Shown here piece after piece: positions 1-9,800 of a stretch of DNA of 38,890 nucleotides (positions are counted from its first letter, which is position 1; the number at the start of each line of letters is the position of its first letter). Under the pieces are notes generated by a model. That model did no database searches, was not told the origin of the DNA, and saw only the letters and a program-made list of their open reading frames with translations. This DNA is from Escherichia phage ECA2. The stretch lies in the sequence record NC_047766.1. One strand, given 5' to 3'. Both the position numbers and the translations under genes were made by a program.

Positions 1-81
1 ATCGCTAAATATGCGATGGGTCACGGCGGTCTGCGTCCAGAAGCTGCTGGCGCTATCGTTCTCCCAAAGGTGTCGGAGTAA
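1..81 (+). CDS. 10A: Major capsid protein 10A, 3' end (continues from 37928..38890 across the window junction)
   Basis: Frame 1 reads [26 protein letters not shown]-stop and joins in frame to ...RRANYQADQI at the window end; matches recalled T7 gp10A C-terminus. Confidence 0.9.
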   Translation: MAKYAMGHGGLRPEAAGAIVLPKVSE

Positions 82-353
82 TTCCCGACCCCACTGGAGT
101 TACTCTTAGTCAGAAGACTATGAGCTTAGACGTTGGGGCTTCTAAAGCCCTGACTTCTACGGTAACTCCTGCTGATGCAGTACAGACAGTGACCTTTACG
201 TCTTCCAATGCGAAGATTGCCACGGTCGATGCCTCTGGTACTGTAACTGCTGTGGGCGCTGGCTCCGCTGACATCACTGCGACTACTGTGAACGGCCTGA
301 CGGCTGTCTGCAAGGTCACTGTGAAAGCAGTAGAGCCTCCCGTAGAAGGCTAA
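63..353 (+). CDS. 10B: Putative capsid 10B extension reached by -1 frameshift; carries a Big_2 Ig-like domain
   Basis: Slippery heptamer C_CCA_AAG at 63-69 in the 10A frame; the -1 frame is open from 9 to 353; ORF 120..353 translates to a Big_2-like sequence ([43 protein letters not shown]). Confidence 0.5.
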   Translation, partial: PKGVGVIPDPTGVTLSQKTMSLDVGASKALTSTVTPADAVQTVTFTSSNAKIATVDASGTVTAVGAGSADITATTVNGLTAVCKVTVKAVEPPVEG

Positions 354-392
354 GGTCTTTACCGGGGATTTACTTTCCTTCATTACTTTATG

Positions 393-436
393 AACCCCTT
401 GGGTGCCCTCTGAGGGTATCTGAGGGGTTTTTTTGC
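393..436 (+). terminator. Tphi-like phage RNAP terminator after gene 10
   Basis: GC-rich hairpin CCCCTTGGGTGCCCTCTGAGGGTATCTGAGGGG followed by T7; same position and similar sequence as T7 Tphi. Confidence 0.8.
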
Positions 437-437
437 T

Positions 438-460
438 TTAAACCCTCACTAACAGGAGGT
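438..460 (+). promoter_or_regulatory. Phage RNAP promoter-like variant upstream of gene 11
   Basis: TTAAACCCTCACTAACAGGAGG; differs from the consensus by one extra A and AACAGGAG at the start site. Confidence 0.5.
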
Positions 461-466
461 AACATC

Positions 467-1057
467 ATGCGCTCTTATGAGATGAACATTGAGACCGCAG
501 AAGAGCTATCAGCCGTCAACGACATTCTGGCTTCCATCGGTGAGCCACCAGTATCAACCCTTGAGGGTGATGCGAATGCTGACGTTGCGAATGCTCGACG
601 CGTACTCAATAAGATTAACCGACAGATTCAATCACGAGGATGGACATTCAATATTGAGGAAGGTGTGACTCTTCTACCGGATGCGTTCTCTGGTATGATT
701 CCATTTAGCTCTGACTATCTGTCCGTAATGGCAACCAGCGGTCAGACCCAATATATCAACCGTGGTGGCTATCTCTATGACCGCTCTGCGAAGACTGACC
801 GATTTACTTCTGGTGTTCAGGTCAACCTGATTCGTCTGAGAGAGTTCGATGAGATGCCTGAGTGCTTCCGAAACTATATCGTTACCAAGGCTTCCCGCCA
901 GTTTAACAACCGCTTCTTCGGTGCGCCGGAGGTAGACGGAGTGTTGCAGGAAGAAGAACAGGAAGCGTGGCGTGCGTGCTTCGAGTACGAACTGGACTAC
1001 GGCAACTACAACATGCTGGACGGTGACGCATTCACCTCTGGTCTACTTAACCGCTAA
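467..1057 (+). CDS. 11: Tail tubular protein A (gp11)
   Basis: 196 aa; N-terminus [28 protein letters not shown] matches recalled T7 gp11; RBS AGGAGG upstream. Confidence 0.95.
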   Translation: MRSYEMNIETAEELSAVNDILASIGEPPVSTLEGDANADVANARRVLNKINRQIQSRGWTFNIEEGVTLLPDAFSGMIPFSSDYLSVMATSGQTQYINRGGYLYDRSAKTDRFTSGVQVNLIRLREFDEMPECFRNYIVTKASRQFNNRFFGAPEVDGVLQEEEQEAWRACFEYELDYGNYNMLDGDAFTSGLLNR

Positions 1058-1072
1058 TAACAAGGAGGCTCT

Positions 1073-3478
1073 ATGGCTCTCATTAGCCAATCAATCAAAA
1101 ACCTCAAGGGTGGTATCAGCCAACAGCCAGATATTCTCCGGTTCGCTGAACAAGGTAGCGTACAGATTAACGGTTGGTCTTCTGAGTCCGAGGGCCTCCA
1201 GAAGCGCCCACCGATGATTCACCTTAAGACCCTTGGCTCTGCTGGGTATGTGGGTGCGCAACCTTACGTGCATCTCATCAACCGTGATGAGTTCGAGCAG
1301 TATTTCGTTGTGTTCACTGGTGAAGACATTAAGGTGTTCGATCTCGATGGTAAGGAGTATCAAGTCCGTGGAGACCGCTCATATGTTCGTACAGCTAACC
1401 CACGGGAAGACCTTCGGATGGTAACTGTGGCTGATTATACCTTTGTGACTAACCGCAAGGTGGTTGTACAGAGTAACGACCAATCGGTCAACCTTCCGGG
1501 CTTTAAAGACCAAGGCGATGCGCTGATTAATGTTCGTGGTGGACAATATGGGCGTAGACTATCAATCGAGTTCAACGGGGCTGAGCGTGCTGCTGTGCAA
1601 CTACCAGACGGTTCACAACCAGCACACGTCAATGAGGTTGACGGTCAGGCTATCGCTGAGAAGCTGGCGGCTCAGTTGCGGAATAACCTAGGGAACCCAA
1701 ACAATGACCAAGACCCAAATAAGTGGCGGTTCAATGTTGGCCCCGGATTCATCCATATCCTTGCGCCAAATAACGATAACGTTTGGGGACTACAGACTAA
1801 GGATGGTTACGCAGACCAGCTAATCAACCCTGTAACCCATTACACTCAGTCGTTCCAGAAGCTGCCTATCAACGCTCCAGATGGGTACATTGTGAAAATT
1901 GTAGGTGACACCTCCAAGACTGCCGACCAGTATTACGTTAGGTTCGACCTCAACCGTAAGGTATGGGTAGAAACAATCGGCTGGAACACAAGGACTCACC
2001 TACATTACCACACGATGCCTTGGGCGCTGGTACGCGCTTCTGACGGGAACTTTGACTTCAAGTACCTTGAGTGGGGTGCTCGTACTGTTGGCGATGATAC
2101 AACTAACCCATACCCTTCCTTTACCGGACAGACAATCAACGATATTTTCTTCTTCCGAAACCGTTTGGGATTCCTTAGCGGGGAGAACATCATCTTGTCT
2201 CGCACCTCGAAATACTTCAACTTCTTCCCGGCCTCCGTGTCAAACTACTCCGACGATGACCCAATAGACGTTGCCGTTAGTCACAACCGGGTGTCAACCT
2301 TGAAGTATGCCGTTCCGTTCTCCGAAGAGTTACTCCTATGGTCTGACCAAGCGCAGTTCGTTCTGACAGCTTCTGGTATCCTTTCGAGTCGCTCCGTAGA
2401 GTTGAACCTTACTACTCAGTTTGATGTGCAAGACAGGGCACGCCCACATGGTGTAGGACGTAATGTATACTTTGCGTCACCTCGCGCTTCCTTCACATCC
2501 ATTAACCGATACTATGCGGTACAGGATGTAAGCTCTGTGAAGAACGCAGAGGACATGACGGCTCACGTTCCGAACTACATACCTAATGGGGTATTTAGTA
2601 TCTCGGGCACAACTGCTGAGAACTTCGTGGCTATCCTTACGAGTGGTGCGCCTAACCGAGTGTATATCTATAAGTTCCTCTACATTGACGAGGAAATCAG
2701 GCAGCAGTCGTGGTCTCATTGGGACTTTGGGGACAACGTTACGGTGTTCGCAGCACAGGTCATAAACTCAACAATGACAGTATTGATGAGCAACGAACAT
2801 GCTGTGTGGATGGGGCGCTTACACTTCACGAAGGACTCCATAGACCTTCCGGGAGAACCTTACAGGTTGTATATCGACGCTAAGAGGAAGTACACCATCC
2901 CTGCTGGGACATACAATGATGATACCTACCAGACGTCCATAAGCCTCTCAACGATTTACGGGATGAACTTCACGAAGGGTAGGGTTTCGGTGGTCTTTCC
3001 TGATGGGAAGATTGTAGAGGTAGACCAGCCAATCAACGGTTGGAGCAGTGACCCGGTGTTACGACTTGATGGGAACCAAGAGGGACAAGTAGTCTACATT
3101 GGGTTCAACATCCCGTTCACTTATACGTTCTCGAAGTTCCTCATCAAGAAGACTGCTGAGGACGGCTCGACGGCTACCGAGGATATTGGTCGCTTACAGC
3201 TTCGGCGTGCATGGGTAAACTATGAGGATTCTGGCGCGTTCACCATCCGTGTGAACAACCTGTCCCGTGAGTTCATCTACACAATGGCTGGTGCTCGCTT
3301 GGGTTCTGACAATCTGCGTGTTGGCAGGTCGAACATTGGCACAGGGCAGTACCGCTTCCCGGTTGTTGGAAACGCTCAGACGAACATAGTAACTATCGAG
3401 TCAGACGCATCAACCCCACTGAACATCATTGGGTGCGGCTGGGAGGGGAACTACCTTCGTCGTTCTTCTGGCATTTAA
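1073..3478 (+). CDS. 12: Tail tubular protein B (gp12)
   Basis: 801 aa ORF directly after gene 11 with RBS AAGGAGG; size and position as in T7/T3. Confidence 0.93.
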   Translation: MALISQSIKNLKGGISQQPDILRFAEQGSVQINGWSSESEGLQKRPPMIHLKTLGSAGYVGAQPYVHLINRDEFEQYFVVFTGEDIKVFDLDGKEYQVRGDRSYVRTANPREDLRMVTVADYTFVTNRKVVVQSNDQSVNLPGFKDQGDALINVRGGQYGRRLSIEFNGAERAAVQLPDGSQPAHVNEVDGQAIAEKLAAQLRNNLGNPNNDQDPNKWRFNVGPGFIHILAPNNDNVWGLQTKDGYADQLINPVTHYTQSFQKLPINAPDGYIVKIVGDTSKTADQYYVRFDLNRKVWVETIGWNTRTHLHYHTMPWALVRASDGNFDFKYLEWGARTVGDDTTNPYPSFTGQTINDIFFFRNRLGFLSGENIILSRTSKYFNFFPASVSNYSDDDPIDVAVSHNRVSTLKYAVPFSEELLLWSDQAQFVLTASGILSSRSVELNLTTQFDVQDRARPHGVGRNVYFASPRASFTSINRYYAVQDVSSVKNAEDMTAHVPNYIPNGVFSISGTTAENFVAILTSGAPNRVYIYKFLYIDEEIRQQSWSHWDFGDNVTVFAAQVINSTMTVLMSNEHAVWMGRLHFTKDSIDLPGEPYRLYIDAKRKYTIPAGTYNDDTYQTSISLSTIYGMNFTKGRVSVVFPDGKIVEVDQPINGWSSDPVLRLDGNQEGQVVYIGFNIPFTYTFSKFLIKKTAEDGSTATEDIGRLQLRRAWVNYEDSGAFTIRVNNLSREFIYTMAGARLGSDNLRVGRSNIGTGQYRFPVVGNAQTNIVTIESDASTPLNIIGCGWEGNYLRRSSGI

Positions 3479-3498
3479 CTTACAGTCTCCCTGCGGCG

Positions 3499-3524
3499 AA
3501 TTAACCCTCACTAAAGGGAGACAC
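3499..3524 (+). promoter_or_regulatory. Phage RNAP promoter phi13
   Basis: AATTAACCCTCACTAAAGGGAGACA; flanked by inverted repeat GTCTCCC / GGGAGAC. Confidence 0.9.
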
Positions 3525-3550
3525 TAATAGATACGAGGGGTTAAAGCATT

Positions 3551-3961
3551 ATGTACATTACAAAGTGTTTACAAATCCATGCCGACAACTTTCAGCCGTC
3601 CATAGAGGACATTCTGGAAGCTGAGGCACTTGGTGTTGAACCAAAGGTAATTCCTGATGAGAACACTGTGGCAATGCTTAGCGATAACGCTGTGTTGGCA
3701 ATTGGTGGCAATCAGGGAGACCGAGTGTGGTTCCTTACCTCTAAGTACGTCCCACTGTTTACCTTGAAGGAGCGCTTAGAGTTTCGTAGACTTATCATTG
3801 AATATCGTGATATGATGCTGAGCCAGTACGAGTCCATTTGGAATTTCGTTTGGGTAGGCAATAAGTCACACATTCGTTTCCTAAAGACCATAGGCGCGGT
3901 ATTCCATAATGAGTTTACCGCTGATGGTCAATTCCAATTATTCACTATCAGTAGGAGGTAA
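3551..3961 (+). CDS. 13: Internal virion protein A (gp13)
   Basis: 136 aa ORF between genes 12 and 14; call by synteny and size. Confidence 0.8.
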   Translation: MYITKCLQIHADNFQPSIEDILEAEALGVEPKVIPDENTVAMLSDNAVLAIGGNQGDRVWFLTSKYVPLFTLKERLEFRRLIIEYRDMMLSQYESIWNFVWVGNKSHIRFLKTIGAVFHNEFTADGQFQLFTISRR

Positions 3962-3963
3962 CT

Positions 3964-4557
3964 ATGTGCTGGATGGCAGCGATTCCTATTGCCATGATGG
4001 GCGCCCAAGCTCTAAGTAGCCAGAACAGTGCTGACAAGGCGCGAGTGGCACAGACCGAAGCTGGACGCAGACAGGTAATAGAGATGGTCAAAGAGACGAA
4101 TATCCAAAATGCCAACGCCTCGCTGGAACAACGGGACGCCCTTGAGGCTGCATCCTCTGAGTTGACTTCACGTAACATGCAGAAGGTACAGGCTATGGGA
4201 ACCATCCGTGCAGCTATCGGCGAGAGTATGCTAGAAGGTGAATCCATGAAGCGCATAAAGCGTATCGAAGAGGGCAACTACATTCGGGAGGCAAATAGTG
4301 TCACCGAGAATTACCGCCGAGACTACGCGAGTATCTTTGCGCAACAGTTGGGACGCACTCAGTCCACAGCAAGTCAAGTCGATGCAATGTACAAGAGCGA
4401 GGCCAAGGGTAAGTCTGGTCTGATGCGTGTGCTAGACCCTCTGTCTATTATGGGTCAGGAAGCTGCAAGTCAATATGCGGCTGGTGGATTTGACAAGAAA
4501 GGTGGAAACCAAGCAGCACCTATCAGTGCCGCCAAAGGAACCAAGACCGGGAGGTAA
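3964..4557 (+). CDS. 14: Internal virion (core) protein B (gp14)
   Basis: 197 aa; RBS AGGAGG; synteny and size (T7 gp14 is 196 aa). Confidence 0.88.
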   Translation: MCWMAAIPIAMMGAQALSSQNSADKARVAQTEAGRRQVIEMVKETNIQNANASLEQRDALEAASSELTSRNMQKVQAMGTIRAAIGESMLEGESMKRIKRIEEGNYIREANSVTENYRRDYASIFAQQLGRTQSTASQVDAMYKSEAKGKSGLMRVLDPLSIMGQEAASQYAAGGFDKKGGNQAAPISAAKGTKTGR

Positions 4558-4559
4558 TA

Positions 4560-6803
4560 ATGGCTAGTAAACTAAATAGTGTTTTAGGTAACATGGCGAC
4601 TCCCGGTATGGAACGACTCCGGGGCGTCAAAGGTATGGACTACCGGGCAGCAACCATTCAGGCTGAACAACCAAGAGCGAGTCTTCTGGACTCCCTAGGT
4701 CGATTCGCTAAGGCTGGTGCCGATATGTACATGGCGAAAGATGAACGCGATAAGCAACGAGCCGATGAGCGCTCCAACGAGATTATCCGTAAGCTGACCC
4801 CTGAGCAGCGCCGACAGGCTATCCAGAATGGTACACTACTGTATCAGGATGACCCATACGCAATGCAAGCCTTGAAGTTCAAGACCGGGCGTAACGCTGC
4901 GTTCCTCGTTGACGATGAGGTTCAACAGGGAATCAAAGAGGGGCGCTTCCGTACCCGTGAAGAGTTGGAGCAGTATCGACACTCACGCCTACAGGAACAG
5001 TCGAAGTCGTTCACTGAGCAGTTCGGCATCAATGAGATGGACGAGGAGTACCAGAAGGGTTTCAATGCGAACATCACCGAGCGCAACATCGCTCTGTATG
5101 GGGCACATGATGCCTTCCTGAGTGACCAAGCGCAGAAGGGTGCTATCCTTAATTCGAAGGTTGAACTCAACGGTGTCCTGTCTGACCCTGACCTACTGTC
5201 TAGTCCTGAGTCCGGTGAGTTCTTCCAGAACTACATTGACAACTCCTTGGTGACAGGGATGACCGACAATCAGGCTCAACAGGTTATCTCTTCTTCCCTG
5301 AATGACGTGCTACAGCGTCCGGGTGGTGCCGCCTTCTTGCAGAACATTGAGAACCGCAAGGTGACTCTTAATGGCGCTACGACTACCTATCGTGAACTGA
5401 TGGGTGATGAGCAGTGGCAGGCAATGATGATTAAGGCACAGCACACTCAATTCCAGAACAACGCGAAGTTAACCGAGAAGTTCCGACTGGATATCAACTC
5501 AGCACTTAACCAAGCGGACACTGGTAAAGGTTGGGAGACTCTTCAAGGCATCAAGGCCGAACTCGATAAGATTCAGCCGGGTGAAGAGATGACTCCTGAG
5601 CGTGAGTGGCTGATTTCCGCACAGGAACATATGCGCACCCGCTTCAAGCAGGAACAAGCTGAGACAGCCAAGCTGATGGACAAGCAACAGAAGACCCTGA
5701 ATAAATCTTTGGTCATCGACAAGCAGTTCCAGAAGCGCCTCAACGGTGAATACGTCTCGACCAACTATAAGGACATGCCGACCAACGAGAACACTGGTGA
5801 GTTTACACATAGCGATATGGTCAACTACGCGAACCAGAAGTTAGCGGAAATCGAAGCGATGGACTTAACGCCAGAACAGAAAGGCAAACTGAAATTGGAC
5901 TACCTACGGGCAGACTCCAAGGAGGGTGCTTTCCGTGCAGCGTTTGGTGAGATGATTACTGACGCGGGTAACGAATGGCAGGCTGCGGTGATTAACGGTA
6001 AGATGCCTGAGAGCACATCAGCGATGGACAACCTTCGTCGCATCCGCAACACTGACCCTGACCTGATTGCCTCTCTGTATCCTGACAAGGCCGAGTTGTT
6101 CCTGACGATGGACATGTTGGATAACCAAGGCATCGACACGCAGGTTCTTATCGACGCTGATAAGGCCCGCTCACAGAAGACCAAGGAGATGCAGTTTGAG
6201 GATGACCGAGCGTGGGCTGCTATGATGAACGATTCAACGAATCCTCAAATCAAGTACATGCCTTCGAGTGTCCAAGGGTATGCCCGGAAGATTTATGATT
6301 CCGTGAAGTACAGGACAGGGAACCCTGATATGGCAACCGAACAGGTCGCAAAGTTCCTCTCTGATTCAACGACTACGTTCTCCAGTAGTGATGTTGAGGG
6401 TGATACCTATGGTGTCCTGCCGAAGAACATCCTTACTGTTTCGGATGACCCTAAGTCGTGGGAGCAGGGTAAGAACATTCTGGACGAAGCCATTAAGGGA
6501 ATCACAGCGGCGAACCCTTGGATTACCAACAAGCAACTGTCGGTGTACCAGCAAGGTGATTCAATCTACCTGATGGACACAACTGGACAGGTTCGCATTC
6601 GGTATGACCAAGAGTTGCTCAAGCGTGAGTATCAGCGCACCGCACAGATGCAAGCTGAGGCAGCACGAGAGAAAGCCCTCAAAGAGGCCAACAAGCGTGC
6701 CCCAATCAGCCGTGTAACACAGGCGCGTGAAGAAGCGCGTAAACGTGTCCAAGAGAAACGGAAGAAGACTCCGAAGTACATCTATGGACGTAAAGAAGAC
6801 TAA
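4560..6803 (+). CDS. 15: Internal virion (core) protein C (gp15)
   Basis: 747 aa, same length as T7 gp15; synteny. Confidence 0.9.
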   Translation: MASKLNSVLGNMATPGMERLRGVKGMDYRAATIQAEQPRASLLDSLGRFAKAGADMYMAKDERDKQRADERSNEIIRKLTPEQRRQAIQNGTLLYQDDPYAMQALKFKTGRNAAFLVDDEVQQGIKEGRFRTREELEQYRHSRLQEQSKSFTEQFGINEMDEEYQKGFNANITERNIALYGAHDAFLSDQAQKGAILNSKVELNGVLSDPDLLSSPESGEFFQNYIDNSLVTGMTDNQAQQVISSSLNDVLQRPGGAAFLQNIENRKVTLNGATTTYRELMGDEQWQAMMIKAQHTQFQNNAKLTEKFRLDINSALNQADTGKGWETLQGIKAELDKIQPGEEMTPEREWLISAQEHMRTRFKQEQAETAKLMDKQQKTLNKSLVIDKQFQKRLNGEYVSTNYKDMPTNENTGEFTHSDMVNYANQKLAEIEAMDLTPEQKGKLKLDYLRADSKEGAFRAAFGEMITDAGNEWQAAVINGKMPESTSAMDNLRRIRNTDPDLIASLYPDKAELFLTMDMLDNQGIDTQVLIDADKARSQKTKEMQFEDDRAWAAMMNDSTNPQIKYMPSSVQGYARKIYDSVKYRTGNPDMATEQVAKFLSDSTTTFSSSDVEGDTYGVLPKNILTVSDDPKSWEQGKNILDEAIKGITAANPWITNKQLSVYQQGDSIYLMDTTGQVRIRYDQELLKREYQRTAQMQAEAAREKALKEANKRAPISRVTQAREEARKRVQEKRKKTPKYIYGRKED

Positions 6804-6821
6804 CAGTGATAAGGAGGCTCC

Positions 6822-9800
6822 ATGAGCTACGATAAGAACAAACCTAGCGAGTTCGATGGGTTATTTCAAAAAGCGGCAGACAAACATGGGGTCTCCTATG
6901 ACCTGCTTCGTAAATTGGCATTCAACGAATCCAGCTTCAATCCAAAGGCCAAATCTCCAACTGGCCCGAAGGGTCTCATGCAGTTCACCAAGGGTACAGC
7001 CACTGCGCTGGGACTCAAGGTCACTGATGCAGACGATGATGACCGTTACAACCCGGAGTTGGCTGTGGATGCAGCCGCTCGTCACCTGAGTGACCTCATT
7101 CGTAAATACGATGGGGATGAGCTTAAGGCAGCCCTAGCGTACAACCAAGGCGAGGGCAGAAATGGTGCCCCTCAGATGCAGGCCTACGACAAAGGTGATT
7201 GGGCCTCAATCTCTGAGGAAGGTCGTAACTATATGCGCAACCTGATGGACGTAGCTAACAGTCCTCGCAAGGGGGACTTGGAGGCGTTCGGCGGTATCAC
7301 CCCAAAGGCTAAGGGCATTCCATCTGGGGATGCATTTGCTGGAATCGGGAAGAAGCAGACGGTAGGTACTGACCTGCCGGAGTCAACTGGATTCAAAGTG
7401 GAGGGTACGGAGCAGAAAGCACCTAACGTGCCTTATGCTAAGGACTTTTGGGAAAAGACTGGAACAACGCTGGACGAGTTTAACGCACGTTCGACCTTCT
7501 TCGGAATTGGTGATGCAATAAGTGCGGAGCTTCACAACTCTGTACTTGGAGTTGCTTTCCGTGCAGCCCGTAGCGACGATGGTTTTGATTTGTTCAAGGA
7601 CACCATCACGCCTACACGTTGGAATAGTCACACTTGGACGCCAGAAGAGCTAGAGCGAATCCGTAAGGAAGTGAAGAACCCAGCGTATATCAACGTAGTC
7701 ACTGGAGGCTCTCCTGAAAATCTGGACGCCCTCATTAAGATGGCGAATGACAACTATGAGATGGATGCGCGGTCTGCCGATGCTGGTGTTGGGGCCAAAC
7801 TTACTGCTGGTATCGTCGGCGCTGGTGTAGACCCGCTGAGTTACGTTCCGCTAGTGGGCGTAGCCGGGAAGGGTCTCAAGGTGGTTAACAAGGCGTTCGT
7901 CGTTGGTACTCAAAGCGCTGGATTAGCGATTGCATCTGAGGGTATCCGTACATCAATAGCTGGTGGTGAAGCACACTACGCTGATGCTGCTTTAGGTGGT
8001 CTCATGTTCGGTGCTGGTATGAGTGCAATCAGTGACGCCATCGCTGCTGGTATTCGCCGTTCCCGTGGGACTGAGGTTGTTAATGACTTCGCTCCTATGG
8101 CACACCGCTTGGAAGCCCGTGAGACCGCTCTGAACTCTGGTGGGGAAGACCTGACCCGTATGCCTAGCGAGAACCGTGTGTTCGACCGTGAGCACGCTGG
8201 CGTTGAGTATTCACCTCTAGAGACCGAGCCGGGTGCCGTTGTGTTGCCTCAAGGTCAAATCCTGAGCGACACCAACCCACTGAACCCTCAGACTCTTAGC
8301 GAGTTCGAGGCGGTCAACCCTGAGCGTGCCGCTAGTGGTATCTCTTTGGGTGGTTTCACTGAGATTGGCTTGAAGACTCTCCGCTCTGAGAACCCGACTG
8401 TTCGCTCCATTGCGAGTGACCTTGTGCGTTCTCCAACAGGGATGGAATCAGGCTCTAATGGTAAGTTCGGTGCGACTGCTTCTGACATTAAGGAGCGGCT
8501 CCACGCGAACAATCAGCGCACCTACAATCAGCTTTATGATGCTGTGCGTACTGCAATGAAAGACCCTGAGTTCTCCACAGGTGGGGCCACAATGAGCCGT
8601 AAGGAAATCCGACAGGAAATCTACAAGCGTGCAGCCTTGGCGATTGAGCGCCCTGAGCTTCAAGCAAACCTGACAAAGGGTGAGCGGAACGTGATGAACA
8701 TCCTCAAGCAGCACTTTGACCTCAAACGTGAAATCATGGAGAACCCGTCAATCTTCGGCAACACCAAGGCGGTCAGTATCTTCCCCGGCTCACGCCACAA
8801 GGGAACCTACGTGCCAAACGTGTACGACCGCGCTATCAAGATTGAGATGGTTAAACGCTACGGTAATGATGGCTTGCAGCGAGCAATCGCGGAGTCATGG
8901 TTGACGTCTTATCGTGCTCGTCCAGAAGTCAAGGCGAGGGTCGATGAGTACCTGATGGAACTTAACGGTCTCAAATCCGTGCAGGAAGTTACGCCTGAGA
9001 TGGTGCAGAAGCACGCGATGGATAAGGCGTATGGTATTTCACACACCGACCAGTTCTCTGCCTCCTCTGTCATTGAGGATAACATTGAGGGTCTGGTGGG
9101 TATCGAGAACAACAACTTCTTGGAAGCCCGTAACATGTTCGACAGTGACATGGCGGTGACTCTCCCTGATGGTAACACGTTCTCTGTGAATGACCTGCGT
9201 ACCTATGACATGGCTGAAATTCTGCCTGCATACGACCGACGAGTAGATGGTGATGTTGCAATCATGGGTGGTTCCGGTAAGACTACCAAAGACCTGAAAG
9301 ATGAAATCATGGCGCTGGATAAGCAGTCAGAGGGCAACGGCACATTGAAAGGTGAAGTGGAAGCCCTCAAGGACACCGTGAAGATTCTAACTGGTCGTGC
9401 TCGTAGGAACCCGGAAGGCGCTTGGGGTACAGCCCTGCGCTCCGTCAATGACCTCACGTTCTTTGCTAAGAACGCCTATATGGGCGCACAGAACGTTACT
9501 GAAATCGCTGGTATGCTGGCGAAAGGTAACGTCTCTGCGATAACTCATGGCATCCCTATGATTAACGATTGGGTCAACCGTGGTAAACCGCTTCGTGCCT
9601 CTGAGATTAAGGAGATACACGGGATGGTGTTCGGTAAGGAACTAGACCAACTAATCCGTCCGGGACGTGAAGACCACGTGCGCCGACTTAGGGAGTCTAC
9701 GGACACCAGCGCTGCGGTTGCCAATGTGGTCGGTACGATTCGTTTCGGTACTCAAGAGTTGGCTGCACGCTCTCCTTGGACAATGCTCCTAAACGGAACA

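Noticed and set aside
972-1217. 81-aa ORF overlapping the gene 11 / gene 12 boundary
   Set aside because: Alternate frame across two conserved structural genes; no RBS; low-complexity translation.
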